A stretch of 63,961 bases of DNA, filler included, from Collodictyon triciliatum (lineage: Eukaryota): assembly GCA_043381765.1 (NCBI GenBank). It is 6 parts of 6 records of this genome, joined end to end, with 100 filler letters (N's around TTAATTAATTAA, not from the genome) between each part and the next. Parts side by side here need not be neighbours in the genome. Positions count along the whole stretch, not along the records: positions 1 to 14,287 come from JBHJMP010001843.1; positions 14,388 to 28,668 come from JBHJMP010001844.1; 4 more parts are not named here. One strand, written 5' to 3'. The notes beneath the pieces are model-generated. The model had not been told where the DNA came from. It made no database searches and saw nothing but the letters and a program-made list of their open reading frames with translations. This document shows positions 13,201 to 25,516 of this stretch, in pieces. Within the stretch, counting starts at the first letter, position 1. Every line of letters starts with the position of its first letter. A program made the translations under genes and the position numbers.

Positions 13201-13977
13201 AGAATACGATGAAGCAGATGCCGGTCTTCGATTGGAAAATGGGCTTGGGCTTCTTCTTATAGACCGGCCCTGCTCTTCGTTGAGTAGATATGCTTTTGTC
13301 TTGCCAGACTTTGGCCGAATGCTTGCGGCAGAGTGCAGCGGGGTGTTGAGCGTCTTTGTCTCGAAGAGAACCTGCAGTGGTGTAGCTGTTCCGGTCGCTT
13401 TAGGGGGCGACTGCGGCTTTACTTTGGATTCTGTCTTTGGGGTCGGCTTCGTTTTTGGCTTCGGCTTGGATTTGAAGGCAGCTGAATGGTCAGGGTTGCT
13501 GGACTGAATATGGTACTCTCCACTCGCCGATGAAGGCCGAGCAGAAGGTGTGCGGGTGTCCTCCTGGAGGCTGGCGTGGGGAGAAGGAGACGGGCCGGCG
13601 TTTGTGCGCAGATGCAGAGATGGGACGTAGTTGGCCTCGGATGCCATGGGCCAGGCGTTTGGGACCGGTCGATCCCTGGCGATTCGCTGGATGAGCTCTG
13701 GTGTCATCTGCGGCAAGATGGAGGAGACCGGCACAGAAAGCCCCGAGGCAGAGGGCGCTTTGGGCTGGAGAGTCGGGTGCGCTGTCTGGCTCAGGCTCTT
13801 TGCAGTCGGCACGCTCTCAGCAGAAAGGTCCACCGAGACAGTAGCATTTGTCCTGTGCTGGATCGGAGTCAGAACCCTGCGGGCGGCAGATGAGGGCCGG
13901 AAAATCCCGTGAGCACTGCCGGGCCGTTGGACAGCTGCAGCGCTGTTTGGCCGCGTAGCGCTGCCTGTCTCCTGCAT
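10243..13977 (-). CDS. Hypothetical multi-exon protein with a long Ser/Pro/Lys-rich N-terminus
   Basis: A 310-aa first exon, then in-phase GT-AG exons (..MMRMNPELINKIRFALAVPFE-ESGSDFHEAEQALEDILSMN..DGKLVEL-IGEFRFDSLPDKEFGIFFLQDPE..-GVAVMVGIRTADRQ..EPHE*). No family recognised. Confidence 0.55.
10501..10618. repeat. (TTTGTTTC)n intronic tandem repeat
   Basis: Directly visible; lies in the last intron of the - strand gene. Confidence 0.95.
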
Positions 13978-14287
13978 TCTTCTGCTGTCTGGTTCACAGT
14001 TCTGTTGCGCAGCAGACTCTTTCTTTCTGTGGCAGGTTGTTGGAATGAGCCTGCTGGCTTGGTGTGGCGAGTGGTGTTGGCAGCTGGCGGCTTACAGGGC
14101 GGAATTCTGCTTCTCGCCTTCCACAAATGATAAAGTTTGTTTTTGTTTTTGTTTTTTGTTTTTTGTTTTTTTGGTGTTTTTGGTGTTTTTTGTTTTTTGT
14201 TTTTTGTTTTTTGTTTTTTGTTTTTTGTTTTTTGTTTTTTGTTTTTTGTTTTTTGTTTTTTGTTTTTTGTTTTTTTTTTTTTTTTTT

Positions 14288-14387
14288 NNNNNNNNNNNNN
14301 NNNNNNNNNNNNNNNNNNNNNNNNNNNNNNNTTAATTAATTAANNNNNNNNNNNNNNNNNNNNNNNNNNNNNNNNNNNNNNNNNNNN
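14288..14387. other. Artificial scaffold-joining spacer (44 N + TTAATTAATTAA + 44 N)
   Basis: Six-frame-stop linker, identical at five positions in the window. Confidence 0.97.
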
Positions 14388-14993
14388 TTTTTTTTTCTTT
14401 TTTTTTTTTTTTTTTTCTTTTTTCTTTTTTCTTTTTTCTTTTTTCTTTTTTCTTTTTTCTTTTTCTTTTTTTCTTATCTTCGAGCCAAATAGCTTCATTG
14501 AAGTTGAGCCGTTTCGATGTCCATAGAAGAGTTTTTTTTTTCTTCGTCAAGCTGCATACGAGCCAGAAAATATTGCGATAGGCACAAGGAGATAGATATG
14601 TATGCCACCCGACGCTTTGTTTGGTTACATGCGGGTCTGTAATTGTATTTTGTGTGATGTTGTCATGCTGCTGCGAAATTATGGTGTTTGGATACATAAG
14701 GAAAATGAGTGATTTGTTGCTTACTCACAACATGAAGGGTGTAATCGCGAGTAGAATGACGCAACAAACGGTTGCCCACTACACAAGCAAGTTATTGCCG
14801 GAGAACGGGAATAGTTTGCATAATGGGTCACTCTTCTACATATCAATCTTGCAGGCAGTACCCTTCGCACTGAAAAGAAAAAACTCCTATGTTTATGCCA
14901 CCCTCAACTGAGCCACGTCTCAGAATGGAATAGATGGTTTTATTGGGGGTAGATTTAAGATGTTTTGTTTTTCAGTCTATCCCTTGTTACGTT

Positions 14994-15664
14994 CTAGGAG
15001 CGCTCCATTACCATTTCAACTCTGTATAGTTTGGCTAGCAGATATGTGGCATCACTGGCTAGCTTCTCCTCTGTAAAGGTTATAGGCAACTCGAGGAACT
15101 TCTCACGGTGGGCTGATAAACTCTTCAGTATGATGCGAATTGTGTAATGATTGATTTCATCCCCATCACTGTAGTACACCTTGTGTCCGCGGTGAATACT
15201 TTGGACATCCTGTGCTGGTATGGTTACTGGTGGTTTTTTCCTCCATGTGACGATAATCTAAAACCGGTATCAGAGTAAAGATTCTGGATTAGAGTCTGAA
15301 ATGATTAAAAGCAAGAAATTTTGTATTTCATAATATAGAGCGACGTAGGAACGGAACCTGTGATGGGTTGAATTGATAATCAGCTGTTGTCATTATTCTC
15401 CTGTAAACTCGAATGGGCCCTATGAATGACATCACAATTGCTATTATGACCGCAGGAAGGGCATACGACAGAGTCTTTGCTCCTACTGTCGCACATACAG
15501 TAATCAACAATGCATCCAGAATCACGACAGCTATGATTGTCCTTTTCAGATTGTTCCCGGTCCTATTAAACGAAAAGGGGTTAGGATAAATTCTGCATTA
15601 TTTAGAAGGACCTAATACCCGTTAAACCGCCTATTTCCCTAAAAAGAAAGAAAGAAAGAAAGAG

Positions 15665-15763
<99 letters not shown>

Positions 15764-16294
15764 GTTGTGTGTACTTGCATCCGACTTTATCTTTTGCTAT
15801 TTATATGTGCCTACAATGACTCACATTTTACAATATCCTGAGTCGTTTGAGAAGAAAAAATTGCTGTTGATGAACGCATAATCCACCATCGTAGCTTCTT
15901 GGGAGCCATTTCCCAATGGCACCATTTGAATGGCATGTCCTCCAGACTGTGGGACATAAGGCTGCTGCACAAAAGGCTGCTGAGCATAAGGCTGGTTGAC
16001 ATAAGGTTGCTGAGCATAAGGCTGTGGAATGTAAGGCTGGTTTCCTTGGGCTGGGTTGCTTTGTGTCTGGAGAAGAGATAGTTCACCCATCAGTCGATTG
16101 CGAGTTTCAAAGTCTCCGTTGAAAAGAGGCGGGGCAATGTCAACCAAGCTAAGCAGGACGAGCCGTGGTCCTGTCACATAATTGCGCTGAAAGTCCATTA
16201 CAACAGACTCGCTGAATCCCTTGTCTCGCAACCACTGAGCCACATGGTCGCCTGTCCAGTATTGCAGCGGAATGGAACCATAGCTCGTATTCAT
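14994..16294 (-). CDS. SAM-domain protein with QPY repeats and two transmembrane helices
   Basis: N-terminal WTGDHVAQWLRDKGFSESVVMDFQRNYVTGPRLVLLSLVDI..RNRLMGELSLL matches the SAM pattern. It is followed by (QQPY) repeats, hydrophobic TIIAVVILDALLITVCATV and YALPAVIIAIVMSFIGPI, and a C-terminal exon ending MERS*. Confidence 0.65.
15645..15762. repeat. (AAAG)n intronic microsatellite
   Basis: Directly visible. Confidence 0.95.
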
Positions 16295-17473
16295 TTCGTC
16301 GGTTTTTTTGTTTCCTTTCTACGCTGACGTCTCTGGTAGTTTAGGGAAGGGGGTTCATTATACACCTTCTGCTCATGATTCATCATTTACTTTATTATTG
16401 TATTCCGGTTCAGAGAAATTCACATGACTATCGAAAAGCCGAGTTAGGGACGCATGTACGACCAAGTGTTTCTGCCGTGGTTTAATGTTGTGTAACCGGA
16501 CAAGGAAAATCATGGCTTGGTGTTTTGCGGTAGAAAGTCCCACAAGCACAAAGAGTGATAATGCCCCAAAGAATAAACCATAGCATGAATCAATTATGGT
16601 GTAGATTGTCCGAAATAGGCAGTACTGTATAGTATCCTTCCATATGCGGTTGTTCATCCCGTTCCGTTTCAATATTCCAATTCAAGAATGAGTGTGTCCC
16701 CGCTGTTTGTTCTGAAAGTGGGGAATGAAGCTTCTCCTGCAGCACATCATGATATTGCTAACATATACATAGTTTACTGCATATTTGCGATTTTTCATAT
16801 TTAATCATATCCATGTGCAGCTTTATATGATTTTTCAATTGCAAATTCACTCTTTTTATCCAACAAATAAGAAAAAGAATATATATTCCATATTAATCCA
16901 AAATCCAGGAAAGAAAGGCTTGTGGCTGCCTCAATTCCCTTGTGTGTATTTTTGATCTTCTGAATCAATTCTCGACTACACTAATGGAAGAGATCGGACA
17001 ATCTTTTTTGTTTCGGAGCAACTCGCCAGAAGGATTCCAAGGTCAGAGCAGGCGGGGGTCGACTTTTGCTGCTGCCTTTGCTCCGGACACGTTTGCAGAA
17101 GTCTTTGAAAGAGCAACTATAAACGCGTCACTTTTGTATTCGTCTGTAAACGGCCGTGCTGTGGCATATTGTCAGGTGAAGGGTGATGGTTGTGCAGTGC
17201 TTGTAAGGAAACATTGCAACAACAGAAAAAGAAAAAAAAAGAGAGGAAGTATTGATGAATAATTAAGTTGGTAGAGAATTCCGTTTTTTTTTTTCGGCCA
17301 ACACTCTGTAATGCAGTCCCCATGTCTGTCGTGAAAAATGCTTTCAGTTGCTCGCGTGTCGATCTATGCGAAGCACATGAACTTCTTTCTTACTCTTTAC
17401 ACAGTAACAAAAACTAACTTGCAAACAAAACTTGCCTTCTTACGAGAAGAGATACTTGGATTGCACCGTCGAC

Positions 17474-20400
17474 ATGGTAACCTGAAGCATCATTTCCCAC
17501 GTTTTCTCTCTCTGCCTTGTATTTTGTATTTTATATTTTGTATTTTGTTTGTTTGTTTGTTTGTTTGTTTGTTTGTTTGTTTGTTTGTTTGTTTGTTTGT
17601 TTGTTTGTTTGTTTGTTTGTTTGTTTGTTTGTTTGTTTGTTTGTTTGGTTCACCTTTTTATTTTTATTTTCTTTTCCCTTTCTTTTCAAAGTTTGCCTCG
17701 TAATCGGCTGCTTCTTTTCATGCACACCGATCAACTGCGAAGCAACCTTGATCCGGATCGTTCACCCTTGCAACCTCGCACTCTAAAAAGAAGTATTTGT
17801 ATTTATATGATCCTTACCTTCAAAGGCCGAAGCTGCTACCTCACCTGCCCCAAAGTCCAAAAAGGCCGACGCTCTCCCCACACCCGAATATGTCGAACAT
17901 CGCCTTCGCCTTTGGGAAGAGTTTAAAGGGCGTCGCCAATCTGAAGCCCGTAACTATTCTTTTATCTTTCGCTCTGTCCTGCACAAAATATTCTGTCACA
18001 CTCCTTCTCTTGCTCTCATTTCCCCACTGTATATATACATATATCTATTTCGAAGCTTTTTCTCATTAATCGCTGCAACCTTCACAGAGCTCGAGTCAAA
18101 GCCGATCAAAATCACTCTGGACGAAGGCCGCGTTGTTGACGGGGAATCATGGAAAACACGTCCGTTTGATCTCGCAAAGGGAATCTCTGAAGAAGTCTCA
18201 AAGAACGCTGTGATCGCCAAGGTTACTACGCTCTCATGTTATATCTACGTTGTCGCCCTGCTCCTCTGATTTTAAAACCGGATATACAAGAGAAAAAAAA
18301 AGCAGAAAAGAAAGAATGAAAACGATTAAACTTGTTGTTTCTCATGAGACCCACACCAAATACCTTCCTCAATAACACATCGGGCAGGTCAACGGTGTGA
18401 AATGGGACCTTTTCCGTCCTTTGGAGGCTGATTGCAAGGTCGAGTTTGTCTTCTTCGAGTCTGACGAAGGCAAAGAGGTCTTTTGGCATTCCAGCTCTCA
18501 CATCCTTGGACAAGCCCTTGAAGTCTTGTACGGCGCGCATCTATGCAAAGGCCCGCCGGTGGAGGATGGGTTCTACTACGATGTTGTTGCTGACAAGGCC
18601 ATTTCTCAGGACTGCTACGAGGCCATTGAAAAGGCTGCAAACAAGATTGTTAAGGACTCACAAGCCTTTGAGCGTCTGGAAATGACAAAGGAGGAGGCAT
18701 TGGAAATGTTCAAGGTTTGGGTTATTCTACTTCGTATAGTTCCTGTACACAGTTGCTGAATCTTTCTAGGTTAGTTCCAGGAATTTGTTCTATGCCAAGC
18801 TTGAGAGCTACACATTGACGGTAGTTGAATAGGCCAATTTTTTCATATTGTTGTATTTGCTTCAACACAGCACAACCACTTCAAAGTTGAGATTATCTCA
18901 AAGAAGGTCCCCAATGGCGAGCGATGCACGGCTTATCGCTGTGGTCCTCTGATTGATTTGTGCCGCGGACCACATTTGCCCAGCACTGCTCGCGTGAAGG
19001 CATTCGGAGTCACCAAAAACTCCAGCGCATATTGGGAAGGCGATTCATCGAAAGAATCCCTCCAGCGTATTTACGGTGTCTCGTTCCCGTCAAAAGAGCA
19101 ATACAAAGAATACAAAGAGCTGGTTGCAGAGGCTGCCAAGCGCGACCATCGCGTTGTTGGAAAGGTTTCAGTTTTTTTTTTTCAAGTGTATGCATATGTT
19201 CTTTCCCACCTTATCTAAACTATCACGCTTAAGTGCATTACCAGTGACAAGCTCTGTTAGATGAAGACTGATCAGGTCTTTTCAGAACAGTTAGTTTGAA
19301 CGCCTCTGACAGAGCATACGTTCCATAGCACCAAGAACTCTTCTTCTTCCACACGCTCAGCCCTGGAAGCTGCTTCTTTTTGCCCCACGGAGCTCGCATC
19401 TACAACAAGCTTGTTGAATTTATCCGCGTAAGAAGCTGTCTTATCGACATAGAACACGAAAGTAAAAATTACAGTGTGCAATAATCAATCCATGTCATGA
19501 CTTTGCCAGACACACCTGAATGTATCCTTTCATGCCTTAGAAAGAGTATTGGAGGCGTGGATTCACGGAAGTTGTTACCCCAAATATATATAACATCGAT
19601 TTGTGGAAGACCTCTGGGCACTGGCAAAACTACCAGGTTGGTCTGCTTTCTTATGCGGATGACAAATCCTTTACATGTATATTCATTTCGTAAAATCTCT
19701 CACAAACTTAGAGTATAACGAATCGACTTTTATCTCATCCACTAGGAGCACATGTTTCACTTTGAGGTGGAGAAGCAAACATTTGCCTTGAAGCCCATGA
19801 ATTGCCCAGGTGAGAGTAGTTCACAATCTTATCATCGATTATTTTTTTTAAAAATAGAAATAAACCCATTTTATTCATCAGATTATGTAAGTGTATAAAA
19901 TTTACGAGCTTCGCTCTTTATCAGGCCATTGCCTCATGTTCGACCACCGACCCCGCTCGTACCGTGAACTTCCTATCCGCATGGCTGACTTTGGAGTTCT
20001 TCACCGCAATGAGTACAGCGGCGCTCTGACTGGCCTCACTCGCGTGCGCCGCTTCCAACAGGACGATGCTCACATTTTCTGTGCTCCTCACCAGGTAAAC
20101 TTTACATTTTGGCCAACTTTCTGTTCTGTCAAAACTATTCCAGCCTTATATATTTTAGGGAAACCTTCTAATTTTTTTAAAATAAAAATAAAAATGGAAT
20201 TCCACGTGACAGATCACTGAGGAAATTCAAAACTGCCTTGCCTTTCTCAACTCTGTCTACGGAATCTTTGGATTCACATTCGAGCTGCATCTATCTACCA
20301 GACCCGAAAAGTACCTTGGGGAATTGGACCAATGGGACAAAGCTGAAAAGGTACTGCGATGTAAAAGAAATTGTACTCCATTTGTCAAGAACAATAAATA

Positions 20401-21465
20401 AACAAGACATACACCCACACTGACCCATTCGTTCATTCGTTCATATTCTATCTATATATTTAGAAAATAATCATGGCCATATCTTTGATAAGTTATTTCT
20501 CCTCAGGCCTTGGCAGATGCTCTGAACGCCTTCGGCCAAAAGTGGATCATCAATCCTGGAGATGGGGCGTTCTACGGTCCAAAAATCGACATCAAAATCT
20601 TTGATGCTCTCAAGAGACGACACCAGTGCGCCACCATCCAACTGGACTTCCAGCTTCCAATCCGCTTCAACCTCACCGTGAGTCGAACTTCTTACCCTCG
20701 CTCACCCACGCCCAGGAAAAGAACCAAATGCCACCAACACACCCTAACCCAGACATTATGCCATCAAAATATATCCGCACCAAATGCATGTGACCTTCTC
20801 GCCTTTCTCACACTCACTCATCTACCAGTACGTTCCAAGTGACGAAGAAAAAACCACGGAGGAGAAAATCTATCGCCCAGTCATTATCCATCGTGCCATC
20901 CTCGGTTCTGTTGAGCGCATGATTGCCATTCTCACAGAGCACACGGGCGGCAAATGGTACTCCTCCACGAATACGGCACACATAATCTTTTGCGTTTACT
21001 CTCCTCCTCCAAAGAAAAATTAAAATTGGTGGGTTTCTTACATTTTGTGCATTACAACACCCATGAATCGTGATGCGAAGGCCCTTCTGGATTTCTCCTC
21101 GCCAGTGCATCGTCGTTTCTGTCGCAGACACGCATAACGAATACGCGCGCAGGGTTTGTTTCTACCCAATTAGCATCGAAAACAAAAGACGGCGCTAGTA
21201 TTAACATGGGCATTTCGGTGCGCAGGTTGAGAAGATGATTCATGACGCCGGGTATTTTGTGGACTCTGACTTGAGCGACCGCACCATCTCCAAGAAGGTT
21301 CGCGAGGCACAAGTTGCGCAGTACAACTACATTCTGGTCGTTGGACAGGAGGAAATCACATCCGAGACAGTCAACATCCGCACGCGCGATAACGTCGTCC
21401 ACGGCAAGGTCGAGCTGAGCAAGCTGATTCACGAGCTCGATGCCCTCCGAGACTCTTTCAAGTAA
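17474..21465 (+). CDS. TARS1: Cytosolic-type threonyl-tRNA synthetase (multi-exon)
   Basis: [18 protein letters not shown] domain [11 protein letters not shown]; editing motifs [10 protein letters not shown] and [74 protein letters not shown]; anticodon-binding domain [13 protein letters not shown]. Stop at 21463-21465. Confidence 0.97.
17543..17647. repeat. (TTTG)n microsatellite in TARS intron 1
   Basis: Directly visible. Confidence 0.95.
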
Positions 21466-22187
21466 AGTGGTTGCACAAGCACATGTGCCCACGGACTCTT
21501 CGTTTCCCTCCTTATAAACGACCCTCCCGCGTGGGTTGAAAAAGGACTCTGGCGCTGTTGCCGTGTGCATGTTTGTTTGCTCTCTTTGTTTATGACATTT
21601 TCTGCGTATTCTGCATCTCGAGTCGTGTTGTGGACAACTGGGTGCTAAGGTGCCTGTCCCGCATTACAAGTTAGACCATTTCAAATGATTGCAATATGTA
21701 TCGCGATAAATTTTTATAGCCTGCTTTTGTTTTCACAAACTAGACAGACAAAATGTTTTGAAATTAATTTATTTTCCATATATGTATATTCGACAACGAT
21801 TTGGCGCCGATACCGAAATTTTCTGAAAAGCTTATTGCTGAGCTTGATAAGTGTGGGAGTTTTCGTTCGCAACCACACTTCCTCTTTCCCTGCTGCAACG
21901 TCCGTGAAGGTGAGGCACTATACAATGTTTTAATTCATCAAATAGACGAGGCTGCAAGCTGCGCCCAAGCGCGGTTTGGTGGCCTCTGATATATTCATAT
22001 GTAACGCCCCACGAAGCGATTTTGGCTGGTTTGCTTGGCTGCGAGACAGCCATGCGAGCCTCACACTTCTTTCACCAGCCCTTGCCGGCGCACACCGAAT
22101 ACCACCTTCAACTTGAAGTGCCCCACTAATATACCTTTTCAACTTTTGGTCCAGCATCAGTCCCAGCGACACTAACAGACAGACAAC

Positions 22188-23646
22188 ATGGGTAAGTCAC
22201 CATGCACATATAGTAATAGGTAATCACCGAGGTTGTCTGTGGGAGGTGTGAGGGTGGTGACTATGTTGGACGGACTAGATCGCTATTAGCCTCAGGTTGT
22301 GAAGAGATGCGTTGAAAAAAACACACCAGATCAAACTCCCGATATCAGAGTATCGTGCCTATCGAGGCAGCTCAGAATCAAAAAATTTCCATAATTATGA
22401 CTCGATCCTGGCAACCGCTTCAGAATATGATCAGGCGCACCTGTCTGTACGACAAAGCAAGCTACGAAACCAGATTGCCAGATCAAACTGCAAACCTGCC
22501 CGATCAGCCCAAGCGCCCCACCCATTTCACAGCCACCACCCCCCAGCTCTACAGACAACTCAGGCGATGTGACGGAAACAACCCCTTCCTGCTCCCCCAC
22601 TAAGTCGATCTCATCACACAGGTGCCTACAAATACCTTGAAGAACTCTGGAAGAAGAAACAGAGCGATGTCCTTCGCTTCCTCCTCCGCGTCCGTGCCTG
22701 GGAATACCGGTTAGCCTCCCCTTCCCGACAACCCACCCGAAGAAAAGAGAAACAGGAACACAAACACACATAATCATCCCCACCCCAAAAAACCTGTGGC
22801 CCTGACCAACCTCTTCACCACGCAACACAGCCAACTCCCCGTCATCCACCGCGCCTCGCGCCCCTCCCGCCCGGACAAAGCTCGCCGCCTGGGCTACAAG
22901 GCCAAGCAGGGCTACGTCATCTTCCGCGTCCGCGTTCGCCGTGGTAACCGCAAGCGCACCTACCCCAAGGGTATTGCCTACGGTAAGCCCAAGGGTGCCG
23001 GTATCAACCAGCTGAAGTTCCAGCGCAGCCTTCGCAGTGTTGCCGAGGAGCGTGTTGGCCGCCGCTGCGGAAACCTCCGTGTCCTCAACTCGTACTGGAT
23101 CAACGAGGTTTCTTACTCCCAACGATCGAGCAACACATCCTACCCCACCACACATTTAAACAACCAACGACACAATTACCTGCTCCCTTCCTTCGCTGTT
23201 CTGCCGCGTGTCTAGACAATTAGGACGAACACTCACAACCGCCTATCCAACAGGACGCCACCTACAAATACTTCGAAGTCATTCTGGTCGACCCCAGCCA
23301 CAAGGCCATCCGCCGCGATCCCCGCATCAACTGGATTGCCAAGTCCGTCATGAAGGTAAACTTCTCTCCGTTGCGTCCTATCACCATGAAAGCCCCACAC
23401 CCCGCATTTCGCTTTTCCTTTTGCTTCATTGGCTTCCCTAAGAACACATCCACCCTGGATCCTCGTCCTCTTCCTCACTCGTTCGCTCAAACAACATCAC
23501 AGCACCGTGAACTCCGCGGCCTCACCTCTGCTGGACGCGAGAATCGCGGACTCCACGGAAAGGGACACCGCTTCAACAAGGCCCGCCCATCCCGCCGCGC
23601 CACCTGGAAGCGCAACAACGTCCTTTCTCTCCGCCGCTACCGATAA
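22188..23646 (+). CDS. RPL15: 60S ribosomal protein L15 (eL15), 5 coding exons
   Basis: [84 protein letters not shown]..[11 protein letters not shown]..LSLRRYR*. Confidence 0.98.
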
Positions 23647-23858
23647 ACCCCCTCTCACTGTGTCGAATCAAACAACAGCAGTCGACTGAGACAAGCGGAG
23701 CAGATTCATCTTTGGAGTTCATTCCAGAGTGAGGCGTCTTTCAGAGGCCGTCTGTTATTGCCCACTCAGCCGCGTCTGCCGCTTCCTCCCTCACCCGCCC
23801 CTGACTCAGCGTGAAGCGGCCCGTGTGGCTTGTACGTCTGCGCTGCCTGCTGCTGCTG

Positions 23859-24794
23859 CTACCGCTTCTGCTTTGGCCGCCACATCTGCTGCTCGGGCTG
23901 CACGCGGACGGGGACCTGAAACACAATCTCCCGCACGGCTGGATCGATCGGCTTTGCGGTCGGAGGCGTTGCGGGTTTCCTTACCGGAGCGCGAACGGCC
24001 ACGGTGAACTCGACCGTCCGGATCTGCGACTGCGAAGCTGCTGGGTTCTTTGGCGCGGCTTTGGCAGACTCTGCCTCTGCTTCTATTGCCGGGTTTGCGG
24101 GCTCTGTTCTGCCGGGCTCGTCTTGCTGGGCCGACCTTGCCGGTTCTGAGTTGCCCGGGGCTGCTTTGCTTCCGTCTAGCTTTTCGAGCAGGCGCTGGCA
24201 GTTGAGCCTGCGTTCTTGTTCCTCACGGGCGTTGCGCAGGCGGATTTCCTGGGCCTTTCTTGCGGCAAACTCGGACATGATTGCCGGTTGGTTGCGGAGC
24301 AGATCGGGATTGTGTCCGTTGTGTACGTCCTGCTGGCGTTCGGGTTGCTGAGGGCGGTGATGATGCGGTTTGTCGCTCGCTGTGTTTCTGTGTCGTTGGT
24401 GGACAGAGTCATCCTTTGCTCGGCCTTCGGCATGGAATGGGCGCTGCGGTCGAGGCCCGGAGTGGTGAGGCGATCGGCCCCAGGCTGGTCTGGACTCTGT
24501 TCGTTGTTTTTTTTTTTTTTTTTTTGTTTTGTTGTTGAGTAAGCAGAGTATTACGATTGTGATTGTGATTGTGATTATGATTTTGGATTTTATCATCTCG
24601 TTTGCATTGGAAGGGGGTTGGCTTGTGGGTTGCCTTGGCGACTGTCGTCAAAGTTGTAGGGTCTTTGGTGGCTGCGATGCGAGTTGGTTGATGGTCTGGA
24701 AGCTGGGCGCGAAGTGCTTTGTGTGCTTGGGTAGGGCGAGTGCGGCTCCTGGGTTTCGTGGTGATCGATGTCGGCCCACAGTTGTGCTGTTTTG

Positions 24795-24836
<42 letters not shown>

Positions 24837-24975
24837 GTTATATTTTATTTTATTTTGTTTTGTTTTGAGAAGAGTGGGGTTTCCATTTGAAAGAACAAAA
24901 CACTGGTCGTGTCATACTTTTCTCGGGCTTTGTTGTGTTTGCTTGTGCTCGGGTGTTGGTTTCCTCGTGGCTCAT
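23859..24975 (-). CDS. Hypothetical low-complexity protein (3 exons)
   Basis: MSHEETNTRAQ..KPEK-TQLWADIDHHE..FDDSRQ-ESRPAWGR..IMSEFAARKAQEIRLRNAREEQERR..RPKQKR*. Phases are consistent if intron 2 is GC-AG. Confidence 0.5.
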
Positions 24976-25516
24976 TTTGACAGTCGCGGCTCCTACTGCT
25001 TTCTTTTTCCCTTTTTCCCTTTTTCCCTTTGTTTCTTTTTTCTTATTTCTAGACCGGAACAAATCGTTGGTCAGTCTTGTCGCTAGTGTCTGTTCAAATA
25101 AGAAATCGTGTCGGTTCTTTCTTTTCATGCACGGAAGCTTCGGGCAGTCACTGATCTCTTCGCAGCGCAGATTATTTTCCTTGCTCTCCAACCCAACATG
25201 AAGTGTGAAGTTTCGAATTGGTGATCGAAGTGCGAAATCCAGATTTGGGCAGATTTGCAAACGCGGAATCAATACGCTGAATAGATACACAGAATTCAGA
25301 GTATTTGCCTCGTCCGTCGCTCTACTAGCGAAGCAAAGACACCTTCTATCAAGATGTTGCAGTGCGCAGACTCTACATGATGCAAGATTCTGTATTTACA
25401 AGCGCAAATATGCAGCAATCCATAAGCTCTGTGGCAGCATATTGAATTTATTTCAGGGTGGGAAGACTAGATTCTAGATTGAAGGAAAGGCCAAAAGACC
25501 ATGAACAGTCGCAATC

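Noticed and set aside
14332-14343. TTAATTAATTAA recurring about every 14.4 kb as a biological repeat or piggyBac TTAA site
   Set aside because: It is always centred in 88 Ns, so it is a synthetic six-frame-stop linker.
22192-22621. Intronic snoRNA in RPL15 intron 1
   Set aside because: No convincing paired C/D boxes or H/ACA hairpins were visible by eye.
4950-23646. Apparent translation cluster (tRNA-binding protein, tRNA-Arg, TARS, RPL15)
   Set aside because: An artificial spacer at 14288-14387 separates the two pairs; only TARS-RPL15 adjacency is real.
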